From assembly GCF_002310835.1 (NCBI RefSeq), contig NZ_CP011042.1, forward strand, positions 540,001 to 572,000: DNA of 32,000 bases, read 5' to 3'. Of the stretch, positions 1-8,176 are shown one piece after another (positions within the stretch are counted from its first letter, which is position 1; each line of letters starts with the position of its first letter). A model generated the notes under the pieces. The model made no database searches and was not told the DNA's origin. It was given only the letters and a program-made list of their open reading frames with translations. A program made the position numbers and the translations under genes. The stretch comes from Pseudoalteromonas tetraodonis. Lineage in GTDB: Bacteria; Pseudomonadota; Gammaproteobacteria; Enterobacterales; Alteromonadaceae.

Positions 1-6
1 CAAGTA

Positions 7-34
7 GGGGCTGTAACTTACAGCTCCCTTTTTT
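7..34 (+). terminator. Rho-independent terminator of a gene lying off the left edge
   Basis: Stem GGGGCTGT (7-14) pairs with ACAGC(T)CCC (20-28), with one bulge, and is followed by T6 at 29-34. Confidence 0.6.
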
Positions 35-476
35 AATATGATTTCCAAATACTCCCTACAAATATAAGCCATTCTATAAGTATAATGGTGCAACTCACTC
101 AAATCCTCTGCGTGAAGAACTGTCGCCGGAAGAGTCGAAAGAGCGCTTGAAGTGTTTTTTTGAAGATATTGTTTCGATTACTGGAGATACCTAACAATCT
201 GGTACTTACTTTAACTACAAAGAGCTTGCACTTTCATGTCTGTGATTTAAGTTTTGCAACGACATTTATTTAAAATTGAAACTAACCTTCTCAAGTTGCA
301 AGAAATTAAATGTAGAGTTTAATAATAGTAAGTTTTGTAGAACAATTTCAGGATCTTTTTTAGGTTGGGATCATTTAATAAAGTTAATTTATCTCAGGTT
401 ATTTATTTAACGTTTTTTTTTAAAATTAATTATGTTATAAAGTTTGTGATGGACTATTTTTTAACAAGGGATTGAT

Positions 477-1061
477 ATGTCAGAGTTTTTCAGTAATAAC
501 TGGGTTGTGATCGCAATCGTCGTTGTTTTTGTTGTTATTTTTTATGCATGGTATGTATCAATTATTACTAAACGAAATGCGATGCAAGAGGCTTTTTCTG
601 GTATAGATGTACAATTGAAAAAGCGAACAGAATTAATTCCTAATATTTTAGCTATCGCTAAAAAGTTTATGAGTCATGAAAAAGAGCTGCTTGAAGAGAT
701 AACACGTTTACGCAGCAACATATTACAATCAAGTAGTAATAATGATACTGATGAGCGTTTTAAATTAGAGGGACAGTTGCAAAACTCACTATCGGGTTTA
801 ATGGTTGCTGTGGAAAACTATCCAGAACTTAAGTCAGATAAAACTATGCTTGATGCACAACGTACCTATGCTGACATCGAAGAACATATTTCAGCGGCAA
901 GACGCAACTTTAATAGTGCAAATCGAGTACTTAGAAATAGTATTCAGGTGTTTCCTGGGAATATTATTGCAAGCATAATAGGTGTTCGAACTGTTGCTTT
1001 CTTTGAGGTCTCAGAGTCTGAACGTCAACCAGTCATTGCCACAGACATATTAGATTCTTAA
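477..1061 (+). CDS. lemA: LemA family membrane protein
   Basis: 194 aa with one N-terminal TM helix (WVVIAIVVVFVVIFYAWYV). This is followed by the typical LemA helical region (KRNAMQEAFSGIDVQLKKRTELIPNIL..., ENYPELKSD, ARRNFNSA). Confidence 0.85.
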   Translation: MSEFFSNNWVVIAIVVVFVVIFYAWYVSIITKRNAMQEAFSGIDVQLKKRTELIPNILAIAKKFMSHEKELLEEITRLRSNILQSSSNNDTDERFKLEGQLQNSLSGLMVAVENYPELKSDKTMLDAQRTYADIEEHISAARRNFNSANRVLRNSIQVFPGNIIASIIGVRTVAFFEVSESERQPVIATDILDS

Positions 1062-1073
1062 TAAGGATTTGAT

Positions 1074-2135
1074 ATGTTGAATAAAATATCAGAATTCACT
1101 GATTATTTTGATGCTTTTAAACTACGCTTTGGGCGAAAAAATAAAGAGCTTAATAACGCTTATGCATCAGATGAGTTAAAAAATACATTTGAAAATGACA
1201 TTAAGCCTCAATTAAAGTCAATTGAGCTAAATCGTGAGTCATTGCATGCAAAATTTATTAAACGTAAGCGTCAGCTAAACTTTGTAATTTTGCCTATCGC
1301 GGCTTTGATTACTATTTTTGCTTTATTTGCAGGTGAAGACGGTAGTTTCTTGTATATAATTCCAGTATCTTTTTGTATCGGAACCGGATGGGCATACAAG
1401 CCAGCGCTTGATTATGTTCGTCATTATAAACTTAAAGTAATGCCAATCCTTGTGAAAATGTATGGCGACTTTACTTATTCACTTAAATCGAATTTACAAG
1501 CAAACGACATCAAAAATTTAGCTATTGCTCCTAATTTTGATTATCTAAAAACTGAAGACTGCGTAACAGGAAAGATAGACGACATTGGATTTGAATTTAC
1601 TGAGTTAACTCTTCATAAAAGAAGTAAAAATGGTAGTAATAGAGTATTTAAAGGGTGTTTAGTCTTACTTACAATGCCTTTTAATTTTAATTCACATACG
1701 CTTGTGAAACATGATCATGGCAAGGTATTAAACTGGCTCACTAAAGATAACAAAGCAACTGAGAAAGTCGCCCTAGAAAACGTCGACTTTGAAAATAAAT
1801 TTGAAGTTTATTCAAATGATCAGGTTTTAGCGCGTTATATTCTAACACCGGTTATGATGGAACAACTGCTGTCGTTATTATACGCCTTTGTTATGAAAGT
1901 TAATGCTACTCAACTTGAATGTGAATTTGTTGGCAATAAAGCCGTATTTTTTATTCGGCATACAGAAAACCTCTTAGAGCCAACTTGGATCGACCAGTCT
2001 GCATTTGAAATTAATGCGTTACCACTTATTGAACAAGAGTTGGCCTTGCTCATATCAATAGCAAAACAATTGAATCTAGACCTAATGGCAGCTCGTAGAG
2101 TCTCAAAAGAAAATAACTTGGACAGTAAGTCTTAA
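1074..2135 (+). CDS. DUF3137-like membrane protein (family name recalled from memory, unverified)
   Basis: 353 aa, starting 12 nt after the lemA stop. It has two central TM helices (FVILPIAALITIFALFA and FLYIIPVSFCIGTGWA). The C-terminal strings YLKTEDCVTGKIDDIGFEFTEL and FEVYSNDQVLARYILTPVMMEQL match my memory of DUF3137, a frequent LemA neighbour. Confidence 0.6.
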   Translation: MLNKISEFTDYFDAFKLRFGRKNKELNNAYASDELKNTFENDIKPQLKSIELNRESLHAKFIKRKRQLNFVILPIAALITIFALFAGEDGSFLYIIPVSFCIGTGWAYKPALDYVRHYKLKVMPILVKMYGDFTYSLKSNLQANDIKNLAIAPNFDYLKTEDCVTGKIDDIGFEFTELTLHKRSKNGSNRVFKGCLVLLTMPFNFNSHTLVKHDHGKVLNWLTKDNKATEKVALENVDFENKFEVYSNDQVLARYILTPVMMEQLLSLLYAFVMKVNATQLECEFVGNKAVFFIRHTENLLEPTWIDQSAFEINALPLIEQELALLISIAKQLNLDLMAARRVSKENNLDSKS

Positions 2136-2375
2136 TATAGGTCCTAAAGCTCCACTACAGCTAAGTTCTTATCGATTTACCTCGAATAGAAGAAATATAG
2201 CCATAACTTAGGGCTCTCAAATACGGTTAATATTCTCACATAATTCGTTACTGCTATAGGGATTAAAAACAATCAAGCTGAGCAAACAATAAAAGCACAA
2301 AAAATGTGTTCAGGGCTTTAGCAGCATTCAAATAACAACCTTAAATAGCTAAACTCCTCAGCCAAACACGACCCT

Positions 2376-3029
2376 TTACTTAATCGATAAGTCGTATTTT
2401 AAAATAAGGGCATCAATATAGCGGCTACGTAATGTGAGTTGCTTTTCGTGATCGGCGCCATGGCTAAGGGCTTTATTTAGAAGCTTCATAGCAGGGTGAA
2501 TGCGGATGCGTTCATCCTTATCTAAACTGGCTTTGCTGCGCAGCTCGGTTATATCGTCTACTAATAATCTGCCAATATCCACAGCCACAATTTCATCAAT
2601 TAGGCCATTTTGGGTAAGCACCCCATATTTACTGCATAAAAATTGTTGCCACACTTGCTGTAAATGTTCATCTATTTCACAGCCAAACAATTCTTCGTTA
2701 AATATAAAGCCTTGCTGTGCAAGCTTAGCCAAGCACTGGGTATAGTGCTGAGCAAACAAATTAAAAGCTTGGTTAGATGATTCAATTTTTTGTTTAACTA
2801 ATCCTTGCCCCCAATTTACACAACCTCGGGGATAATAATCGTCGTATTCTTCACATTCATACAACCCTGAATAAGAGCTGCAGCTCATTTGATTTTTAAT
2901 GCAATAACTGGGTTTAGGGAAAATGCTCTGTGCTTGCCAATTTTCAAGAGTTTCAGTGTCTATGTTGAGTGCTTGGCATAACTCATCAGTGTGATAAAAG
3001 TGAGTGCTTAAATAGTCAGATAAACGCAT
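2376..3029 (-). CDS. Hypothetical Cys-rich cytoplasmic protein, putative SOS-regulon member
   Basis: The track ORF starts at a TTG (3056). The first ATG is at 3029 (MRLSDYLSTHFYH...), giving 217 aa. It has no signal peptide or TM helix. A cysteine cluster C-x6-C-x8-C-x10-C lies in SYCIKNQMSCSSYSGLYECEEYDDYYPRGC. I cannot confidently name a family. Confidence 0.6.
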   Translation of the reverse strand: MRLSDYLSTHFYHTDELCQALNIDTETLENWQAQSIFPKPSYCIKNQMSCSSYSGLYECEEYDDYYPRGCVNWGQGLVKQKIESSNQAFNLFAQHYTQCLAKLAQQGFIFNEELFGCEIDEHLQQVWQQFLCSKYGVLTQNGLIDEIVAVDIGRLLVDDITELRSKASLDKDERIRIHPAMKLLNKALSHGADHEKQLTLRSRYIDALILKYDLSIK

Positions 3030-3058
3030 AGTGGCTCGCTTAATAGTAAAAAACAAAA

Positions 3059-3078
3059 TACTGTTTATTTATACAGTT
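3059..3078 (-). promoter_or_regulatory. LexA (SOS) box overlapping a candidate sigma70 promoter
   Basis: TACTGTTTATTTATACAGTT has CTGT (3061-3064), an AT-only N8 spacer, then ACAG (3073-3076). It matches 17 of 20 positions of the gammaproteobacterial consensus TACTGTATATATATACAGTA. On the minus strand the box covers a TATAAA -10 (3068-3073), with TTGATG (3092-3097) 18 nt upstream. Confidence 0.7.
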
Positions 3079-3201
3079 ATTTATTTTGTATCATCAAACT
3101 CAATAACACAAGCCATTTTATAATTAAATACTGGCTATCACTGCAAATAGCGCGGTAAATATGGTACAAATAGGGCAAGTATTAATAACAATGATTTTTT
3201 T

Positions 3202-4119
3202 ATGCGCACCCTAGAACAAATTAAACAAGCAAGCCTTATTACTGCAATTAAAACACCTTACTTAGCCAATGGTGAGATCGATCTTGCAAAGTATGATGAA
3301 CTCGTTGAAATACAAATTGCAGCGGGTGTTGACGGCATAGTTGTTGGTGGCACCACCGGTGAAGGCCAGTTAATGAACTGGGAAGAGCATTTAATGCTAA
3401 TTGCGCACAGTGCCAATAAATTTGGTGAGCAATTACTGATTATAGGTAACACCGGTAGTAACAATACGCGCGAAGCAATTAAAGCAACAAAATATGGTTT
3501 TGCCAGCGGCATGCATGCCTCATTACAAATTAACCCTTACTACGGGCGCACATCAATTGCCGGTGTTAAAGAACACTTTAAACGTGTGCTTGATATTGGT
3601 CCGGCGTTTATTTACAACGTAGCAGGGCGCACAGGCCAAGACCTCACCCCTGATATTATTGAACCACTGGCCCAGCATGAGCACTTTATTGGTGTTAAAG
3701 AATGTGGTGGCAATGAGCGTATAGCGCACTATGAACAACAAGGTATTGCGTGTTGGTCTGGTAATGATGACGAAGCACACGATGCACGCCATACTCATAA
3801 AGCACATGGCGTTATTTCAGTTACGTCTAACTTGATCCCGGGTTTGTTCCGTCAATTAATGGATAGCAAAAATGATGCGCTTAATAATTCATTACAACCA
3901 TTAATGAACTGGCTGTTTTGCGAGCCAAACCCAATTGCCATTAACACCGCGATGATCATGACAGGCGCGGTTAACCCAGTGTTTAGAATGCCTTATGTGC
4001 CGCTTAGCGATGAGCAACAGCAACAAGGTGAAACCCTAATTAATCAGCTTAATGAGCAAGATTTTGTCGGTAGTCGAGCGCAGTGTGTGGATATTAGTAA
4101 GGTTTTGATTTTATCTTAA
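3202..4119 (+). CDS. dapA: 4-hydroxy-tetrahydrodipicolinate synthase-like class I aldolase (plant-type DapA paralogue)
   Basis: 305 aa with DHDPS/NAL motifs GGTTGEGQLM, IGNTGSNNTREA, NPYYG and IYNVAGRTGQD. The Schiff-base lysine context GVKECGG is present, as are WSGNDD, ISVTSNL and EPNPI. Confidence 0.8.
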   Translation: MRTLEQIKQASLITAIKTPYLANGEIDLAKYDELVEIQIAAGVDGIVVGGTTGEGQLMNWEEHLMLIAHSANKFGEQLLIIGNTGSNNTREAIKATKYGFASGMHASLQINPYYGRTSIAGVKEHFKRVLDIGPAFIYNVAGRTGQDLTPDIIEPLAQHEHFIGVKECGGNERIAHYEQQGIACWSGNDDEAHDARHTHKAHGVISVTSNLIPGLFRQLMDSKNDALNNSLQPLMNWLFCEPNPIAINTAMIMTGAVNPVFRMPYVPLSDEQQQQGETLINQLNEQDFVGSRAQCVDISKVLILS

Positions 4120-4152
4120 ACTGTTAGACTATTTATTAAATACTAAATTTTC

Positions 4153-4187
4153 AAAGCAGCCTACTGTGAACACAGAGGCTGCTTTTT
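4153..4187. terminator. Intrinsic terminator between convergent genes
   Basis: AAAGCAGCCT (4153-4162) pairs with AGGCTGCTTT (4176-4185), followed by a T-run to 4187. It lies between the dapA-like stop (4119) and the minus-strand stop at 4191. Confidence 0.8.
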
Positions 4188-4190
4188 ATA

Positions 4191-6005
4191 TTATTGCCAA
4201 TAGTAGTTGAGTTTAAGCTGCCACATAACTGAATTAGCGTGAGTGACCGCTAATCTAATATCAATATCTTGGCTAATAGGCACTGCCAGTTCTAGTTTGG
4301 TTTGCGCAGAGTTTTTAGCATTTAAGAATGACTTTTCGTAGGATGCTCTGAGTTTAATACCTGAGTCAGTACCAGTAATAATCCCCACTTCTCCCGACGA
4401 ATAATAAAAGTGGCTGTTTTTAGCTAAATCACCTAAATAACCATTAATTAAGCTATAGGCTAAGGTGTTGTTGCTAAATTGCCAAGCTTGTCCGGCTCCC
4501 CCCATAACAAAGCTACGTTTACAGGTTCTGCACAGTGCTGGTTGTCTGTCGAATCCAACATTAATTTTCCACGACCACTTAGATTCATTAGCCCAAGATA
4601 ATTGGTTTGGATTGAATGACTCCAAATCTAATAAATGAACTTTGTTTATGTAAGTTTCGCCATCAGTAAACATCAGCTCGGTATCTAACATTTCTAAATT
4701 AGAAAATGGAATGCGGGCAATATCAGAGGCAAGGGTATCAAAATAACTCAACCTAAAACCCAAAGTGTACTGTGTTTGCTCAGCCGTGTGCACCGCAGAA
4801 ACTGAGCTATTAGAGGGCTTTTGCCCTTGATGTGGTGGCTGTTGGGTAAATTGAAATTTTACTTTGTTTTCGCCCATTGGCAGCTTTAAGCGCGCTTTAA
4901 TAAGTGCATTCTTTAACTCACTTATTTTTACTGGGGTTTGCTTTTGAATTTGTTTTACTTGTACGAGTTCAAATAAAGCGCCAATAATGGCTTTTTGAGA
5001 GTGTACTGGCAAAGCTAAAAACGATTCGTTTTTAAGTACAGGTGATTCGGCAAAGATTTGTTTTGCAAAGCTGAGCTCTTTTTCACTTAAAAATTGAACA
5101 TGCTTGGTAAATACAGTGTCGCGCGAGGGGGTAAATGTGATCTTTTTAACCGCCGATTGGCCTTGGTAAGTGGCCGTGTTTAATCTTGAAAAAATAGTGG
5201 CTGGTATTACCCAAGGAGCGCCTTCGCTGGTTAGTTGATCGCCAATAACAAGTTCAATAATTTGAGCAAGATGAAACGCGCAGTTTTCATCGGCAAAGTA
5301 ATAATCAAATTCAGTGCCTAAAATTTCCCATAAGTGATTAGCAATAAAAACCACATCGCGCTCGTTTAGATTGAGGGTATATTCCCATAAATCTCTTAAT
5401 TCTATTTCACCATAGTTGTGCTGGTGGCGATAAAACAATTGATCTGAAAAACCGGCTTTATAACCACCAAACAAGCCCTTGATAATATACACCAAGCCGT
5501 TTTCATTGTCTGGAACGTGTGCGCCATAGTTAATACTGTAATCTAATAATTTGTTTTTTGATTCGGTCGAGCGATTAAGTTTAAGTAATAAATGACCATA
5601 TAATGATGCGGGATTACTCATATAACCAGATGCAAATATTAAACTAACAGAGTGAATTGCTTGTTGCTCTCGCCATTGCTTTAATTTTGGGCACTCTGCA
5701 GCTGGCATTGAAAAGGTTAAACCTTGCTCTTTGAGCCATTGGTAACGAGCAGGGTAGCGACATGGCATTGAGGGCTGGTTATTAAAAGCATGGATTGTTG
5801 CTTTTAATTCGGCAGCCGGATCAGTACGTCCGTTATCTGCAATAAAAAATGAGTTAGTAATATAACTGATGGTAGCTGGTTGGTTTTTGTAATGCCCTAA
5901 TTTCAACCATATTGGGTGTTTGGCTAAAACAGAGATAGATTGCGTGGCAGAGCTTGAGAAAGAGATGAATAAAAAAGCACTAATTAAATAAAATAGAGGT
6001 TTCAT
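4191..6005 (-). CDS. DUF4105 (Lnb N-terminal periplasmic domain) family envelope protein
   Basis: 604 aa with a signal peptide (MKPLFYLISAFLFISFSSSA). Strings typical of DUF4105 as I recall them are present (HPIWLKLGHY, CRYPARYQWL, GHLLLKL, LRDLWEY, ENCAF). The C-terminal half is beta-rich and ends in YYWQ. Confidence 0.6.
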   Translation of the reverse strand: MKPLFYLISAFLFISFSSSATQSISVLAKHPIWLKLGHYKNQPATISYITNSFFIADNGRTDPAAELKATIHAFNNQPSMPCRYPARYQWLKEQGLTFSMPAAECPKLKQWREQQAIHSVSLIFASGYMSNPASLYGHLLLKLNRSTESKNKLLDYSINYGAHVPDNENGLVYIIKGLFGGYKAGFSDQLFYRHQHNYGEIELRDLWEYTLNLNERDVVFIANHLWEILGTEFDYYFADENCAFHLAQIIELVIGDQLTSEGAPWVIPATIFSRLNTATYQGQSAVKKITFTPSRDTVFTKHVQFLSEKELSFAKQIFAESPVLKNESFLALPVHSQKAIIGALFELVQVKQIQKQTPVKISELKNALIKARLKLPMGENKVKFQFTQQPPHQGQKPSNSSVSAVHTAEQTQYTLGFRLSYFDTLASDIARIPFSNLEMLDTELMFTDGETYINKVHLLDLESFNPNQLSWANESKWSWKINVGFDRQPALCRTCKRSFVMGGAGQAWQFSNNTLAYSLINGYLGDLAKNSHFYYSSGEVGIITGTDSGIKLRASYEKSFLNAKNSAQTKLELAVPISQDIDIRLAVTHANSVMWQLKLNYYWQ

Positions 6006-6014
6006 TGTTTAACC

Positions 6015-6040
6015 AAAAAAAAAGGGCTGTTAAGCCCTTT
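6015..6040 (-). terminator. Intrinsic terminator or attenuator between the DUF3015-like and DUF4105 genes
   Basis: AAAGGGCT (6021-6028) pairs with AGCCCTTT (6033-6040) around a GTTA loop. On the minus strand it is followed by a U-run (plus-strand A-run 6015-6023). It sits in the 40-bp gap between the stop at 6046 and the start at 6005. Confidence 0.65.
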
Positions 6041-6045
6041 AATTA

Positions 6046-6513
6046 TTAGATTGCAGCGCATTGAGATGAAAAGTTAGTTGTAATTTTACCTTCAACTAAT
6101 TCATAAAATGCTTGTGCATTGTCTATTGGCGCGTTTGCGTAATCGTTACGTACCGAAGTGATAATTTGTTGATGTGCAGTTACATCACAACCACGTACGT
6201 TAAGCATTGCAGCGATATACTCGCCTTCACCCTGTGCTATTTCTTGTTCTAATACAGGAAAAGTTTGTTGAATAAACTGCGCTGTTTTTACGTTAGCGCC
6301 TTCACAACTTTCTACTGAAGAGATGTTAGAAGACACTGCAGTTGTGCCTAAATCCCAAATAATATTAGAAATTGCTGCAGCAACGCCATTATCTGGGAAA
6401 ACCATCGCGCCAATACCACATTGTTGCCATGGGTTGATGCCACTTTTTGCTTGTGACGGCATTGAAACAAACGCGCTTACTAATACCGCAGCAGTTAAAC
6501 ATCTTTTTATCAT
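6046..6513 (-). CDS. Small secreted protein, DUF3015-like
   Basis: 155 aa with a signal peptide (AAVLVSAFVSMPSQA). The QCGIGAMVF...SNISSVESC and IAQGEGEYIAAMLNVRGC blocks resemble my memory of DUF3015. The family assignment is unverified. Confidence 0.5.
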   Translation of the reverse strand: MIKRCLTAAVLVSAFVSMPSQAKSGINPWQQCGIGAMVFPDNGVAAAISNIIWDLGTTAVSSNISSVESCEGANVKTAQFIQQTFPVLEQEIAQGEGEYIAAMLNVRGCDVTAHQQIITSVRNDYANAPIDNAQAFYELVEGKITTNFSSQCAAI

Positions 6514-6830
6514 TATTAATTTCCTTTAATTTATATTCACCCAACAAAATGGGCGGGAAAGTGTACCTGCTTTTTTTATTTAAATGCAAATGGTTATGTA
6601 ACACAATGTAAAAGAACGGTGTAAAGTTTATAAAATCGCAATAAAGAAGTGAATAAGCGAGGATTAATATTGCGAGTTAAAATCATTTAGCTAACTCAAA
6701 CAGCGTCTAATAATAGCTAATTACCCCGCATTTTATAAATTAGTGGTTTCTGGTGTTTAAAACTAACTGTTTAAGCGATTTTACTGTATAATTTGCGACC
6801 CTTGATAATGTGGCCGCAGGTTATACAGCA

Positions 6831-8132
6831 ATGAATTTTAAATCTTTTAGTTTTGCCCCTGAACTTATTCAGGCGTTAGACGAACTTAATTACCACACCC
6901 TTACGCCCATTCAGCGCGCAGCTATTCCGGCTGTTCGTAAAGGTAAAGACGTTTTAGCGAGTGCTCAAACCGGCACAGGTAAAACCGCTGCCTTTGCACT
7001 CCCTATTATCCAAAAGTTATTTGAGTCAGATAGCAGTACTACGAATGCGCCAAGCGCCTTAGTCCTTGCACCTACGCGTGAGCTTGCTGAGCAAATAGCG
7101 AATAACTTTAAAGACTTTGCTAAGTACACTTCGCTAAAAGTAGTGAGTTTATTTGGTGGTGTTAATACTGCAGGACAAGAAATTGCACTCAAAGAAGGTG
7201 TGGATATTGTAGTAGCAACACCAGGGCGTTTACTTGATCATATTCGTTTAGGTAACTTAAGCCTTGCCCAAGTAAAACACTTAGTACTTGATGAAGCTGA
7301 CCGTATGCTCGATATGGGCTTTATTAATGACATGCAAAGCGTGATAAAAAGCTGTGCTGATGAGCGTCAAATCTTATTGTTTTCAGCAACTTTCCCAGCA
7401 GCAATTAAACAATTTGCCTCTAAAGTGCTAAAGCAACCTGAAATTGTGCGTGTTGATCAAACTAACAGCACCGCAAGCACAGTACAACACGTGGTTTACC
7501 CGGTAGAAGAGCGCCGTAAGCAAGAGTTACTTTCTGAGCTAATTGGTAAGAAAAACTGGCAGCAAGTGCTGGTGTTTGTAAACATGAAAGAAACCGCAGA
7601 TGAGCTAGTCACTGAGCTTAACCTAGACGGTATCCCAGCGGCAGTGTGTCATGGTGATAAATCGCAGGGTAACCGTCGTCGTGCGTTACGTGAATTCAAA
7701 GAAGGCAAAGTACGCGTTCTAGTTGCAACAGAAGTTGCAGCACGTGGTATTGATATTGACGGTTTACCGCGCGTTATTAATATTGATTTACCTTGGCTTG
7801 CTGAAGATTACGTACACCGCATTGGCCGTACAGGCCGTGCTGGTAACCAAGGACAAGCAATTTCGTTTGTTAGCCGCGAAGAAGAAAATATGTTGTTTGA
7901 AATTGAAACCTTAATTGGTCAAAAAATTAAACGTGTTTACTTAGAAGGTTACGAAGTAAGTAATCGTGAAGTACTGATTGATAAAATTGGTAAAAAGCCA
8001 GCGCATTTACGCCGCACCCGTGCTAATAAGCCATCAGGCCAAGCTACCGGTGAAGCGAGAGCGAAGAACCGTTCGCGTATTTCTAATGTACGTAAAAGCT
8101 TAAAAGGCGAAAAGCTATCACTTAAAAAGTAA
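6831..8132 (+). CDS. rhlE: ATP-dependent DEAD-box RNA helicase (RhlE-like)
   Basis: The track start at 6810 is a GTG. The ATG at 6831 gives MNFKSFSFAPELIQAL, a typical DEAD-box N-terminus with Q-motif. Motifs AQTGTGKT, PTRELA, DEAD, SAT and HRIGRTGRAG are present, with a basic C-terminal tail. A TATAAT lies at 6787-6792 upstream. Confidence 0.9.
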   Translation: MNFKSFSFAPELIQALDELNYHTLTPIQRAAIPAVRKGKDVLASAQTGTGKTAAFALPIIQKLFESDSSTTNAPSALVLAPTRELAEQIANNFKDFAKYTSLKVVSLFGGVNTAGQEIALKEGVDIVVATPGRLLDHIRLGNLSLAQVKHLVLDEADRMLDMGFINDMQSVIKSCADERQILLFSATFPAAIKQFASKVLKQPEIVRVDQTNSTASTVQHVVYPVEERRKQELLSELIGKKNWQQVLVFVNMKETADELVTELNLDGIPAAVCHGDKSQGNRRRALREFKEGKVRVLVATEVAARGIDIDGLPRVINIDLPWLAEDYVHRIGRTGRAGNQGQAISFVSREEENMLFEIETLIGQKIKRVYLEGYEVSNREVLIDKIGKKPAHLRRTRANKPSGQATGEARAKNRSRISNVRKSLKGEKLSLKK

Positions 8133-8147
8133 GATAGCTAAGCCATT

Positions 8148-8176
8148 AAAAAACCTGAGTTTACTCAGGTTTTTTT
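8148..8176. terminator. Bidirectional intrinsic terminator
   Basis: AACCTGAG (8152-8159) pairs with CTCAGGTT (8164-8171), flanked by an A-run (8148-8153) and a T-run (8170-8176). The amidase stop codon (8161-8163) lies in the loop. Confidence 0.8.

Noticed and set aside
76-194. Coding-looking open frame without a start codon (…KYNGATHSNPLREELSPEESKERLKCFFEDIVSITGDT*), plus an overlapping 21-codon ATG ORF (MVQLTQILCVKNCRRKSRKSA). Both lie just after the first terminator.
   Set aside because: The frame is too short, has stops immediately upstream, and I recognise no family. It could be a gene remnant or a small peptide, but the sequence alone does not support a call.
2168-2391. 9-bp inverted repeat CTTATCGAT (2168-2176) and ATCGATAAG (2383-2391) spanning the convergent intergenic region.
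   Set aside because: The arms are about 215 bp apart and one lies inside the CDS. A single 9-bp match at that distance is compatible with chance.
2500-2745. Antisense or overlapping ORFs from the track. Examples are 2500-2745, 3258-3512, 3553-3807, 6323-6529, 6389-6604, 6965-7192, 8897-9517 (206 aa), 9907-11115 (set), 13335-13604, 14838-15056, 17649-17849, 19345-19876, 21966-22199, 23192-23386, 25540-26451 (set), 26554-27280 and 29290-29688.
   Set aside because: All lie inside and opposite to, or out of frame with, well-supported genes. Their composition is low-complexity (Ser/Leu/Pro/Cys-rich), and they have no RBS or recognisable motifs. They are typical shadow ORFs.
3030-3056. Upstream extensions of track ORFs using non-ATG or distant starts: 3056 TTG, 6810 GTG, 11450, 19912, 20471, 27725 GTG, 27854, 28524 GTG and 31429 TTG.
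   Set aside because: In each case a downstream ATG with a better SD reproduces the conserved family N-terminus (BetI MPKVGM, BetB, AstC, Lrp, RhlE) or a clean signal peptide. The extensions also overlap promoters, operators or neighbouring genes.
6782-6799. TACTGTATAATTTGCGAC, which begins like a LexA box, upstream of the helicase gene.
   Set aside because: The second half-site is CGAC, not ACAG. The TATAAT inside it is more simply the -10 of the helicase promoter.
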